DNA of 64,000 nucleotides from Candidatus Eiseniibacteriota bacterium (GTDB lineage Bacteria; Eisenbacteria; RBG-16-71-46; CAVPCR01): NCBI GenBank assembly GCA_963702435.1, contig CAVPCR010000004.1, positions 288,001 to 352,000 of the forward strand, read 5' to 3'. Shown piece by piece: positions 12,015 to 23,282 of this stretch (position 1 is its first letter; each line of letters starts with the position of its first letter). The notes under the pieces were generated by a model. It saw only the letters and a program-made list of their open reading frames with translations, ran no database searches and was not told where the DNA came from. The position numbers and the translations under genes were made by a program.

Positions 12015-13460
12015 ATGTTGCCTGCACAACGAGTGACCCTGGTCATTCTCCTCGTCTTCATCTTCCGGCCCGCGCCCCTGCATGCCGACTGCGACTGCCC
12101 GGATCCGTTCGAACTCGATCGGCAGGGAGGCATCCTGTGGCGAGGCAGAATCCCGCTCACCCTCGCCGAGATCGCCCAGGTCTCCGCTCCCATCCTCTGG
12201 TTCACGCCCGAGGAACCCCTTCTCTACACCGGGTCGCTGGGGCTCCCCGATCCGCATCCCTGCGACCCGGAACCGTCCGAGTCCGGGACGGTTTACTACC
12301 AGGCGCACGTCATTCGCCTCAAGTCGGAGTACCGTCCGGTGGTGGAGCCGCTCGAGAGCGATCGGCAGTTCTTCGACAAGGTGAACAGCCTCTTGCTCCG
12401 CTACTTCTTCTACTACCGGGAAGACGTCGGCATGGACGGTCACGAGCACGATCTCGAGGTGGCGGAGTTCCATCTGCTCACTGAACGCACACCGGATGGC
12501 TGCTACCAGCTCCGCCTCACCCGCGTCGTCGGATTCGCGCACGGGGTCGACTGGTACAACAACATCCTGGATGTGAAGTCCGACACGCGGCTCCCGGTGC
12601 GGCTCCTCGTCGAAGAAGCAAAGCACGCGACCTGTCCCGATCGCAACGGGGACGGCGTATACACGCCGGGCTACGACGTGAACGTGAACGTCAACGACGC
12701 CTGGGGCGTGCGCGATGTTCTCGGCTCGGGGAGCCTCCTCGGCAGCTCCTTCCAGGCCGCCATGGCGAAGCCGCGCTCACCGCGCTATCGTGACGCCCCG
12801 CCCGACTTTGCGGGGCGCTGCCCATCCCTGCCGGTCTCGGTCGACGAGCTGCCGATCGAGCGGCGCTACACTCTGCGCTCGGGGGCCGCGATCGAAGCGT
12901 GCGACGCACCGCACGCCGAGAGGTTGAGCCAGATGATGCAGCGGAACGGCATGGGTAAGGACCAGTCCCCGAAGCAATACGAGGCCAACAGCTTCGAGGA
13001 CCTGACCGATCCGTTCCGCAAGCACACGAGCATCATTCCCGGCATCAGCTATCGCTACGACGGGCTCACCTACTCGGGGTGGAGCGTGCTCCTGCGCGGA
13101 GCCAACCTCGGCATCGTCTGGGTAGTGCCCAAGTTCAACGTGCAGAGCAAGTCCATATCGGGGGAGGTGCTCTTCACCCCCTCGGCATCCCGATGGGCGG
13201 ACTGGTACCTGACGCTCGGGCCCGAGTTCCTGAGGGAGGTCACCAGGGAAGAAAACGGAGAGGACGTGGTCGTTCGCGACAGCGAGTGGGAACCGGCGCT
13301 CGAGCTCGGCGCCAAGTTCCGCTTCCGCACGGTCGGGAAGCTCCGCTACTTGTTCCTGGGTTACGGATTCGGCGGGATCCGGATGGGTCTCCGGACGAAC
13401 GGACTGGACACGATCGAGGACTCGCGCTTCGTGTTCGAGTTCGGAGCCGGCGTGTGGTGA
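12015..13460 (+). CDS. Secreted hypothetical protein with an NPP1-like motif and possible C-terminal beta-barrel
   Basis: GGAGGT RBS, signal peptide, [20 protein letters not shown]-terminal alternating beta-strand pattern ending [10 protein letters not shown]. Confidence 0.7.
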   Translation: MLPAQRVTLVILLVFIFRPAPLHADCDCPDPFELDRQGGILWRGRIPLTLAEIAQVSAPILWFTPEEPLLYTGSLGLPDPHPCDPEPSESGTVYYQAHVIRLKSEYRPVVEPLESDRQFFDKVNSLLLRYFFYYREDVGMDGHEHDLEVAEFHLLTERTPDGCYQLRLTRVVGFAHGVDWYNNILDVKSDTRLPVRLLVEEAKHATCPDRNGDGVYTPGYDVNVNVNDAWGVRDVLGSGSLLGSSFQAAMAKPRSPRYRDAPPDFAGRCPSLPVSVDELPIERRYTLRSGAAIEACDAPHAERLSQMMQRNGMGKDQSPKQYEANSFEDLTDPFRKHTSIIPGISYRYDGLTYSGWSVLLRGANLGIVWVVPKFNVQSKSISGEVLFTPSASRWADWYLTLGPEFLREVTREENGEDVVVRDSEWEPALELGAKFRFRTVGKLRYLFLGYGFGGIRMGLRTNGLDTIEDSRFVFEFGAGVW

Positions 13461-13497
13461 TCGCCCCGGTAGGGGGCAAGAAGGAGGGAGATCAGGG

Positions 13498-14208
13498 ATG
13501 AACCTTTCTCGTCGCGCCGTGGCCGAGTTCATCGGCACGTTCTGGCTGGTCCTCGGCGGGGTCGGGAGCGCGGTCCTGGCCGGCAAGTTCCCGGAGGTGG
13601 GGATCGGGCTCCTCGGGGTGTCCTTCGCCTTCGGCCTCACCGTGCTGACCATGGCCTACGCCATCGGCCACATCTCGGGCTGCCATCTGAACCCGGCGGT
13701 CTCGATCGGGCTCGTCGCCGGCGGGCGGTTCAAGGCGAGCGAGCTCGTGCCGTACATCGTCGCCCAGGTGCTCGGGGCGATCGTCGCCGCCGCAGTGCTT
13801 CTCTTCATCGCGAGCGGCACGTTCGGGTTCGACGTGAGCGCGGGGTTCGGGGCAAACGGCTACGCCGAGCACTCGATCGGGGGCTATTCGATGGGCGCAG
13901 GGTTCGTGACCGAGGTGGTGATGACCTTCATGTTCCTCCTCATCATCCTCGGCGCCACCGATCCGCGCGCACCGCAGGGCTTCGCGCCGATCGCGATCGG
14001 CCTCGGCCTCACCCTGATCCACCTGATCTCGATCCCCGTCACGCAGACCTCGGTGAACCCGGCGCGCTCGACCGGACCCGCGCTCATGGTCGGCGGCTGG
14101 GCGATCGCACAGCTCTGGATGTTCTGGGTGGCGCCGATCCTCGGGGCGCTGCTCGCGGGCGGGGTCTACCGCTGGCTCGCCCCGGCGCCGCCGGCGCGCG
14201 CTAGATGA
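13498..14208 (+). CDS. aqpZ: Aquaporin Z
   Basis: [29 protein letters not shown] (two NPA motifs). Confidence 0.95.
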   Translation: MNLSRRAVAEFIGTFWLVLGGVGSAVLAGKFPEVGIGLLGVSFAFGLTVLTMAYAIGHISGCHLNPAVSIGLVAGGRFKASELVPYIVAQVLGAIVAAAVLLFIASGTFGFDVSAGFGANGYAEHSIGGYSMGAGFVTEVVMTFMFLLIILGATDPRAPQGFAPIAIGLGLTLIHLISIPVTQTSVNPARSTGPALMVGGWAIAQLWMFWVAPILGALLAGGVYRWLAPAPPARAR

Positions 14209-15727
14209 ACTGCTTCGTCCGGCGCCAGGCCGCGGCGAGCGGCACCTTGAGGCCGCGCACGACATAGATGGGCAGGCTGCTCTCGCCAGGCATGGCGTAG
14301 GGCGACACGTGGGTCGCGGCGAGCTCGACGGTCTCCGCGTACGGCGCGAGATCGTCGAGCTCGTAGCCTATGGCGATGAACACCTGTGGCGACAGGTTTC
14401 CTGGCCCCCACAGGAAGTAGTTGTTGTGGCCGCTCACGGCGCGCGGCAGGCCATGGCGGCGCCCGAAATAGTTGACGGCCCCGGCCTCGCCATAGTTCGA
14501 GGCGAGGATCCCGCAGGCGGCGCGCTCGGGCGGCGGGAGCGTCGTGTAGACGCGGGCGACGTCGTCCACCATCTCTTCCCATCCGATGCGATCGGCGAAG
14601 TGCTGCGGCAGCGGCCCCTCCGCCCCGCGCTCGCCCGGGGGCACGGCGAGCCCGAGCCGCTCCATGTAGTCGACGAGATCGGGAGGCGCGAGGAGCGGCC
14701 GCGCGAGCGGTTGCACGGCGAGGCCGCCGGCGAGGACGAGTGCGACGAGCAGGGCCTGGAGCGGGCGGAGCGCGCGCCGGTCGAGCCAGCGCTCGATCGC
14801 GACGCCCCCCGCGGCGAGGAGCGGCAGGAAGGCGGGGGTCAGGTAGTATGGCTTGCTCCGCGTCGCGAGCAGGATGGCGAGCGTGACGAGCCAGATCCAG
14901 GCGAGAAGACGTCCGCGGCGGCCGGCCGGCGAGAAGAGGAGAGAGAGGAGGCCCGCGATCCACACCGGGAGGTTCGCGGGCCCCATCGTCACGAACTGGC
15001 TCGCCAGGAAATCGAGCGGTGCGACGGGCGCGATCTTGTAGGACTGGGCATTCCGGATGAACTCGAGCGTCGGCCAGCCGTTCGCCACCTGCCACAGCAC
15101 ATGGGGCAGGAAGAGAACGAGGGCGATGACGAGTCCGAGCCACAGCCGCCGATCGCGGAGCGCGCGTCGCTCGGGGGTCAAGAGCAGGCCGGATCCGATC
15201 CCCGCCATCAGAAAGAGCGCGCTCAGCTTGTTGAGAAGTCCGAGACCGAGCACCAATCCGAGCAGGAGCCAGAGTCGCGAATCGCCGCCACGCAAGAAGC
15301 GGGTGAGGAGGAGGAAGGCGACCGCCCAGAGCACGAGATCGACCGCGTTCATGGAGTAGAAGCCGGTGAGGGCGGCGTAGGCCGGTGCGAGGAGCGCCGC
15401 GAGCGCCGCCACGGCCTGGGCGTAGACATCGCCCCCGAGCTCGGCGGCGAGGAGGGCCGCGAGGAGGACGAGGGCGGCGCCGAGCAGCGCGGGCAGGAGG
15501 CGGATCGCGACCGGGGAGTCGCCGAGCGTCGCCTTCGTCGCGGCGAGGACGGCGATCGACAGCGGGGGATGGTCCACGTAGCCGAGGGCGGGATGAGCGG
15601 CACAATCGAGATAGTAGAGCTCGTCGCGGAACAGCCCGTAGCTCTCGTTGCCGACGAAGTGCAGGAGAAGCTGGAGCAGGGCGAGACCGGCCACGATCGG
15701 CATCGCGAGAGGACGGCGCGCGGTCAT
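14201..15727 (-). CDS. GT-C (ArnT/PMT-like, GT39) membrane glycosyltransferase
   Basis: [15 protein letters not shown], many transmembrane segments, NYGEAGA. Confidence 0.85.
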   Translation of the reverse strand: MTARRPLAMPIVAGLALLQLLLHFVGNESYGLFRDELYYLDCAAHPALGYVDHPPLSIAVLAATKATLGDSPVAIRLLPALLGAALVLLAALLAAELGGDVYAQAVAALAALLAPAYAALTGFYSMNAVDLVLWAVAFLLLTRFLRGGDSRLWLLLGLVLGLGLLNKLSALFLMAGIGSGLLLTPERRALRDRRLWLGLVIALVLFLPHVLWQVANGWPTLEFIRNAQSYKIAPVAPLDFLASQFVTMGPANLPVWIAGLLSLLFSPAGRRGRLLAWIWLVTLAILLATRSKPYYLTPAFLPLLAAGGVAIERWLDRRALRPLQALLVALVLAGGLAVQPLARPLLAPPDLVDYMERLGLAVPPGERGAEGPLPQHFADRIGWEEMVDDVARVYTTLPPPERAACGILASNYGEAGAVNYFGRRHGLPRAVSGHNNYFLWGPGNLSPQVFIAIGYELDDLAPYAETVELAATHVSPYAMPGESSLPIYVVRGLKVPLAAAWRRTKQFI

Positions 15728-15777
15728 GAGCGTTCCCTGGCAGCGGTCGCAGCGCTGCAAGCGGCGGCCGCGCCGGT

Positions 15778-16440
15778 CTACTCCGTCGAGATCTCGTTCG
15801 GGAGCTCGTTCACATCGCCCCGCTCACGAGGGAAGTACGCGTTGAGTTTATCGCCGACCCGGTGCACGGCGGCGATCGTGCCGGCCGCGAACTCGCGGCG
15901 CGCGAAGTGGGTTTCCATCTCGGCCGTGACATCTTCCCAGAATCCCACGGGCACTGCGCGATCGATGCCCTCATCGCCGATGATCGCGAAGCGGTGGTCG
16001 GCCACCGAGATGTAGATGAGGACTCCGTTCCGGGCGGCGGTGCCCTGCATCCCTAGAGTCGTGAACGACGCCTCGGCCGCGTCGCGCGGCCGGCCGCGGC
16101 TGTCGGCGGCGACGTGGACTCGGACCTCGCCGGAGGTTCGGCTCTCGGCATCGCGGATCGCCCGGCTGATGGCCGCACGGTCCTCCGGCGTGAAGAACCC
16201 GGCCGCGGACTCGCCGCGGCGGGGGCGGAGCGAGATGACGAGGAGCGTGGCGGCCAGTGCGAAGAGGGCCAGTGCGAGCGCGCCGCGCCAGGTGAGCAGG
16301 CCGGCGAGGCCGGCCGGCGCCCAGCTCGCCTCGCTCGCCACGGCACCCAGATCCGGATGCATGGCGAGGACGAGGCGCAGGAACGCGATCAAGGCGAAGA
16401 CCGCTCCCACGAAGAGGACCGTGCGCCGCCGGTTCATCAT
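15778..16440 (-). CDS. TPM domain membrane protein
   Basis: AESRTSGEVRVHV, RNGVLIY, IIGDEGI, DVNELPNEIS; start trimmed to MMNRRR. Confidence 0.85.
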   Translation of the reverse strand: MMNRRRTVLFVGAVFALIAFLRLVLAMHPDLGAVASEASWAPAGLAGLLTWRGALALALFALAATLLVISLRPRRGESAAGFFTPEDRAAISRAIRDAESRTSGEVRVHVAADSRGRPRDAAEASFTTLGMQGTAARNGVLIYISVADHRFAIIGDEGIDRAVPVGFWEDVTAEMETHFARREFAAGTIAAVHRVGDKLNAYFPRERGDVNELPNEISTE

Positions 16441-16451
16441 CGCACCGTTCC

Positions 16452-17288
16452 TCACCAGCCGCCGGAGGCGCCGCCGCCCCCGAAGCTGCCGCCGCCGCCG
16501 CTGAAGCCGCCGCCGCCACCACCGAAGCCACCGCCCAGGCCGCCGCCTCCGCCGATACCCCCGCCGAAGCCGCCGAACGGCCCGCCCCACGTGCGGCGAG
16601 GCCGGCGCCGCCACCCGTGCTCATCGCCGAGCATGTCGTGGTCGCCGCGGGAGCGCATGATGCGCGGCAGGATCACGAAGAGGAAGAGGAGGAGGAGAAT
16701 CGGGATGAGGGATGAGGCGAGATGGCCGCCGCCGCCGGCGGCCGGTTCCGCCCGATACTCGCCCTGGATCGCGCCGATGATCGCCGCCACGCTCTCCTCG
16801 ACCCCACCGTCGAAGTCGCCGTCGCGGAAGCGCGGGGCGAGGACGTTCCGCAGTATGCGGCTCGAGAGCGCGTCGGTGAGCCGGCCCTCGAGGCCGTACC
16901 CGACCTCGAGCCGTGTCTTCCGGTCCCCGACGAAGATGAGGAGGATGACCCCATTGTCGTGCTCGGCGCCGCCGATCTTCCACTGCTCGGCGAGCCGGAT
17001 CGAGAAGTCCTCGAGGCTTTCCTCCCCCAGTGACGGGAAGATGGCGACCGCGATCTGGTCGGAGGAGGCGGTTTCGTGCGCGGCGATCCGGGCCTCGATG
17101 CGCGCGACGGCGGCGGGCGAGAGCAGGTTCGCGTAGTCCGAGACGCGGCCGAGGGGGGCCGCCGGCACCTCGAGGGCGCGAGCCGGCGGCACCGGGGTCA
17201 GGGCAGAGGCGAACAGCAGGACCAGGACGAGCGCAGCTGTTCGCACGCTCGCGAGCGCGCGCCGCCCGATGCCTGCCCGCTCGTGCAT
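16452..17288 (-). CDS. TPM domain protein (YgcG-like) with Gly-rich tail
   Basis: VSDYANLL, EVGYGLEGRLTD, FSGGGGSFGGGGASGGW. Confidence 0.9.
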   Translation of the reverse strand: MHERAGIGRRALASVRTAALVLVLLFASALTPVPPARALEVPAAPLGRVSDYANLLSPAAVARIEARIAAHETASSDQIAVAIFPSLGEESLEDFSIRLAEQWKIGGAEHDNGVILLIFVGDRKTRLEVGYGLEGRLTDALSSRILRNVLAPRFRDGDFDGGVEESVAAIIGAIQGEYRAEPAAGGGGHLASSLIPILLLLFLFVILPRIMRSRGDHDMLGDEHGWRRRPRRTWGGPFGGFGGGIGGGGGLGGGFGGGGGGFSGGGGSFGGGGASGGW

Positions 17289-17307
17289 GGCCGCGACGCC
17301 GCCGGGC

Positions 17308-17913
17308 CTAGAACTGGACCTTGGGCGCCTGTTCGGCGCCGGGCGCGGCCTCGAAGTACGGCCGCGGCTTGAACCCGGCGAGGCCGGCCACGATGTTGTT
17401 CGGGATCTGTCCGATCAGCGTGTTGTAGACGCGGGCCGTCTCGTTGAAGCGGTTCCGCTCGACCGCGATGCGGTTCTCGGTGCCCTCGAGCTGGCTCTGC
17501 AGCTCCAGGAAGCTCTGATTGGCCTTGAGCTCCGGATAGCGCTCGACCGTCACCAGAAGCCGGCTGAGCGCGGTCGAGATCTCGCCCTGCGCGGCCTGGA
17601 AGCGCTGGAAGGCTGCGGGATCCTCGAGCACCTCGGGACCGAGCGTCACCTGCCCCGCCCTGGCCCGCGCCTCGGAGACCGCGATGTAGGTCTCCTTCTC
17701 GAAGTTGGCCACCCCCTTCACGGTCTCGACCAGGTTGGGGATGAGATCGAAGCGCCGCTGATACACGTTCTGCACCTGGGCCCAGGCCTCGTTCACCTGC
17801 TCGCGCGACTGGTACATCGCGTTGTAGCGTTGCATGAAGAACGAGCCAAGAATGATCGCGAGGAAGAGAAGCCCCGCCAGGACGACCACGCCGGTCATGC
17901 ACCCACGACTCAT
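17308..17913 (-). CDS. lemA: LemA family protein
   Basis: Real gene is the C-terminal part of the 1197-aa ORF: MSRGCMTG...QRRFDLIPNLVETVKG...ERYPELKANQSF...LEGTENRIAVER. Confidence 0.93.
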   Translation of the reverse strand: MSRGCMTGVVVLAGLLFLAIILGSFFMQRYNAMYQSREQVNEAWAQVQNVYQRRFDLIPNLVETVKGVANFEKETYIAVSEARARAGQVTLGPEVLEDPAAFQRFQAAQGEISTALSRLLVTVERYPELKANQSFLELQSQLEGTENRIAVERNRFNETARVYNTLIGQIPNNIVAGLAGFKPRPYFEAAPGAEQAPKVQF

Positions 17914-18156
17914 GTCCGAATCCTCGCCCTCTGGTTGATCGCCTTTGCCCCGGCGATGCCCCGCTCCCCACGTGGGAGAGGGCTTCGCCACCGCCCTCTT
18001 TACCACGCATGGCGCGGGCGGTCCAGGGAGGGGTGGGGCGTCAGGGCCGGCGCCATCCCCGGCCCGCATTCGACCCGGCGCGAGGCCCGTGCTAGGCTTC
18101 CCGCACGGCGCGGCCGACCGCGCCGGTGAGAGCGGCGAGAGCGAGGTGAGCGAGCC

Positions 18157-19683
<1,527 letters not shown>

Positions 19684-19725
19684 CGGAGCGGTCGGCCAGG
19701 CAGGCGGGCCGAGCAGGCAAGCGCG

Positions 19726-21024
19726 ATGGATCCTATCACCACCATCCAGGGACGCGAGAGCGGGCTCATCGACGTGGCCGCGATCGAGCGCGAGCTCGCC
19801 GCGATGTGGCGTTCGGCTTCGGCGGAGCGCGAGCGTGGTGCGGTGACGCGCGCCTGTCGCACCAACCTGATCGTGCTCGACGGGATCGACCCCGCAGTGC
19901 TCGAGGAGGTGACACGCCGGCATCCGGCCCGGCTCATCACCGTGATGCGCGCCGGCGACGAGGCGAATGCCGCACCGCTCGCGGCCAGCGTGAGCGCTCT
20001 CTGCCACCTGCGTCCGGGCGGCGGCGGACTCCTGTGCTCGGAGCGGATCACGTTCACCGTGGGTGCGGATGGCGCCGAGCGGCTCGCGAGCGCGGTGCGC
20101 GGGCTCCTGGTCGGCGAGTTGCCGGTGGCGCTCCTCGGCACCGCGGAAGCGATCCGCGACCACGCGCCGGCGAACCTTCTCGCCCTGGCCGATCGCGTGC
20201 TCTTCGATTCGACCGGTGCGGTACCGGAGGTGTGGTGGGATGTGGTCGCCGCCACCGGCGATCCGGCTCGGGTCACCGATCTCGCCTGGCTCCGCCTGGC
20301 CTCTTTCCGCCGTGCGGTCGCCCAGGCCGTCGCGCATTCGCCGCTCCGGAAGGCGGTGCAGCGGCTCGAGTCGGTGGATGTCGGACACGCCGCGCGGCCG
20401 ACCGCGGCGCTTCTCACCGCGGCCTGGCTCGGCCAGCGCCTGCGCTGGGGGCGGCCGCGGCGCCCGCGTCTCGCGCCGGGGGCTCCACCGAGCGCGGTCC
20501 CGGCCCAACCCCCGCGCGTGCTCGAGGTGTCGGGGCGCGGGCGGCGCGTGCGCCTGCGGTTCGGCACGACGCAGCCGCCGGAAGACATGGTTCTCCTCCT
20601 CCGCACGCCGGACTTCGAGCTGCGCGCGGCGCTCGACGAGGGGGCGGCGATGGTGAACGTGATCATCGGCGCCGGCCGGATGCGCTTGCGTGAACGGGAT
20701 CGGCGGCGCGGCGCGCCTGCGGGCGGCGGAAACACCGCGCGCCGCGAGCACATCCCGATCCTCGTGCCCGGTCTCGGCGCTCTGGTCGTGGATGCGCTCG
20801 AGCATCGCGGTCTCTGCGATCGCGATCAGGGGCCCGTGCTCGGGCGTGCGCGCGACATGGCCGCCGCCTATGCGAGCACTGCGGCCGTGGAGGCGGCCCA
20901 TGCCGGGACGCCCGAGCCGGCGAGCAGACAGACGCCCGAGCCGGCGAGCAGCGAGCCGCCCGAGCCGCCGAGCAGCGAGTCTCCGCCGCCGAGCAGCGAG
21001 CCGCCGCCGCCGGCCGCGTCGTGA
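19726..21024 (+). CDS. opcA: G6PDH assembly protein OpcA-like
   Basis: Directly after zwf; RELAAMW, HPARLI, CSERI, DLAWLRL; low-complexity Pro/Ser/Glu tail. Confidence 0.75.
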   Translation: MDPITTIQGRESGLIDVAAIERELAAMWRSASAERERGAVTRACRTNLIVLDGIDPAVLEEVTRRHPARLITVMRAGDEANAAPLAASVSALCHLRPGGGGLLCSERITFTVGADGAERLASAVRGLLVGELPVALLGTAEAIRDHAPANLLALADRVLFDSTGAVPEVWWDVVAATGDPARVTDLAWLRLASFRRAVAQAVAHSPLRKAVQRLESVDVGHAARPTAALLTAAWLGQRLRWGRPRRPRLAPGAPPSAVPAQPPRVLEVSGRGRRVRLRFGTTQPPEDMVLLLRTPDFELRAALDEGAAMVNVIIGAGRMRLRERDRRRGAPAGGGNTARREHIPILVPGLGALVVDALEHRGLCDRDQGPVLGRARDMAAAYASTAAVEAAHAGTPEPASRQTPEPASSEPPEPPSSESPPPSSEPPPPAAS

Positions 21025-22007
21025 TCCTCGCCGGTGACATCGGCGGCACCAAGACCGCGCTCGGGCTCTTCACGCTCGACAGCGGAGCTTTCCGCTCCGT
21101 GGCCGCCGCGGAGTACGCGAGCCGCGAGCACGCCGGGCTGGCCGATGTGGTCGCTCACTTCCTGGCGACAGCGCCCGCCCGTTCGGCGTCCGCGCCGCTC
21201 CGCGCGGCCGGGTTCGGGATCGCGGGGCCGGTCATCGGGCGCCGGGTGACGGCGACCAATCTCCCCTGGGTCGTGGACGCGGGGGATCTCGAGGGCCGGC
21301 TCGGCGTGCCGGTCCGTCTCCTGAACGATCTGGCGGCGATGGCGGCGGGGATCGCCGAGCTCGCCCCGGATGATTTCGCCGAGCTGCAGCCGGGGCATGC
21401 CGAGCCCGGCGGGGCGGCCGTGCTCATCGCCGCGGGGACCGGCCTCGGCCAGGCCATCCTCGCGCCGGCGGGGGACCGGTGCGTGCCGGTCGCTTCCGAG
21501 GGCGGGCACGCCGATCTCGCGGCGCGGAACGACGGGGAGATCGCTCTCCTTCGCTTCCTCCTCGCGCGTTACGGGCGAGCCGACTACGAGCACGTGCTGT
21601 CCGGGCCGGGTCTCCTGAACTGCTATCGTTTCACGCACGAGGCCGCAGGCGCCGGTGCCGCACCGCACGGCGATCTCCTCGCGGCGCCGGATCCGCCCGC
21701 CGCCGTCAGTGCATCGGCCCTCGCCCGCGCCTGCCCGCGCTGCGTCAAGAGCCTCGAGCTCTTCGTCTCGATTTACGGCGCCGAGACGGGAAATCTTGCG
21801 CTGAGGGCGATGGCGATGGGCGGTGTCTACGTGGGAGGCGGCATCGCGCCGAAGATCCTGCCCGCCCTCGCCGACGGGCGTTTCATCGCCGCTTTCCGCG
21901 ACAAGGGGGAGCCGTTCACGGCCCTCCTCGCCCGGATCCCGATCCGCGTGATCCTGAACCCCGGGGCGGCCCTCCTCGGGGCGGCGCGGGCGGCGGCCGG
22001 CGTCTGA
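21021..22007 (+). CDS. glk: Glucokinase
   Basis: LAGDIGGTKT, TNLPW, LLND, GTGLG, SEGGH, GGGIAPKI. Confidence 0.95.
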   Translation: MILAGDIGGTKTALGLFTLDSGAFRSVAAAEYASREHAGLADVVAHFLATAPARSASAPLRAAGFGIAGPVIGRRVTATNLPWVVDAGDLEGRLGVPVRLLNDLAAMAAGIAELAPDDFAELQPGHAEPGGAAVLIAAGTGLGQAILAPAGDRCVPVASEGGHADLAARNDGEIALLRFLLARYGRADYEHVLSGPGLLNCYRFTHEAAGAGAAPHGDLLAAPDPPAAVSASALARACPRCVKSLELFVSIYGAETGNLALRAMAMGGVYVGGGIAPKILPALADGRFIAAFRDKGEPFTALLARIPIRVILNPGAALLGAARAAAGV

Positions 22008-22147
22008 GGCTCGTGCCGGCCGTGGGGGCCGGGGTCCCCGGTTTTCCCGGAACTATCCCGCCCGGAAGGGCATCCAATGGGAGACCGTTGCGGAGCGCCC
22101 GCCTTCCGCCATGCCCCCCGGCATGCTACCCGCCCAGGAGATCGTCC

Positions 22148-23218
22148 ATGTTCGGTGCACAACCGGCTCTGACTGCGCTCTTTCTCGTCCTCGTTGCGGG
22201 CGCCTGGCCCTTCCTCTCCCTGGCCGCCGATCGCATCGTCGTCCTCGAGCACTATACGAACTTCAGGTGAGGGTCCTGCGGGGTGGTGGATCCACCCCTC
22301 AAGGATTGGATCTTCTCGAAGCCCGACGTCGTCGCGATCGAGTACCACACGTCGTTCCCGTACGCCGGCGATCCCTTCTATCTCGCCAATCCGGCGGAGG
22401 TGAACGCGCGCGTCTTCTACAATCAGATCTCCTCGACGCCGTCCATTCGCATGGACGGACCGTCCATCCCGGCGGGCAACAATCCGGCAGCCTACGAGGC
22501 GCTCTACCAGCAGCGGAAGGCGATCCAGTCGCGGGCGCGGATCGAGCTCGGCGGGACCTATGACCCGGGCACGCGCACGGGCGAGTTGACCGCTCGCGTC
22601 ATCGCCGAGAGCGCGATCGGCGGTGCCCAGCGGCTTCGCATCGCCATCATCGAGAACGACATCCTGTACGCGGCGCCGAACGGGATCGACATCCATCATC
22701 ACGTGTTCCGGCGATTCGTGCCCGACACGACCGGCACGGTGCTCGCCTTCGCCGCCCCGTATCCCGACACGCTGCTCGTCGCGCTGCCGTTCGCGGTCGC
22801 CGGCGACTGGGCCGAGGAGAACGTCGAACTCGTCGCCTTCCTGCAGGAGCAGGGGTCGCGCCAGATCGAGCAGGGAGCCGGGCTCCCGATCATGGATCTG
22901 CCGGCCGGCGTCGGCGAGGAGCCGGCGCCGCCGGCGGCGAGCGCCGATCGTCTCGATCCCGTGCGCCCGAATCCGTTCAACCCGCGCGCCGAGATCCGCT
23001 TCGAACTCGCCCGCGGCGGCCCGACCGAGGTCGCCGTGCACGATGCGCTCGGGCGGCGGGTGCGCACGCTCCTCGCTGCGGAGCGCGTTGCGGGGGCCCA
23101 CTCCCTCTTCTGGGACGGCCGGGACGATGCAGGGCAGGATGTCGGCTCCGGCATCTACTTCGTGCGGCTATCCGGACCGACCGCGACCCGCGTCGAACGG
23201 GCGGTTCTCCTGCGGTAG
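22148..23218 (+). CDS. Probable selenoprotein: secreted Omp28-related thioredoxin-fold protein (U41-G-S-C) with FlgD-Ig-like C-terminal domain, 356 aa
   Basis: AGGAG RBS and ATG 22148; signal peptide; VVLEHYTNFR-TGA(22268-70)-GSC is in frame with ORF 22283..23218; SECIS-like hairpin follows; tail PNPFNP...WDGRD...SGIYFVRL. Confidence 0.82.
22272..22307 (+). promoter_or_regulatory. Candidate bacterial SECIS element
   Basis: Stem GGGGTGG(22280-86)/CCACCCC(22292-98), loop TGGAT preceded by 16 nt after the TGA, lower stem GGTCCT/AGGATT. Confidence 0.7.
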
Positions 23219-23282
23219 CCCGGGCCGTTTCGTGCTCCCGCGCCGGCGCGTCTCGCGCTAGACTCCGGCGGCGGGAGGCGAG

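Noticed and set aside
22268..22270. Treating the TGA as a real stop or pseudogene lesion
   Set aside because: It falls exactly at the first position of a CxxC-type motif, is followed by a SECIS-like hairpin, and no other lesion is visible; Sec recoding is more parsimonious though unproven.
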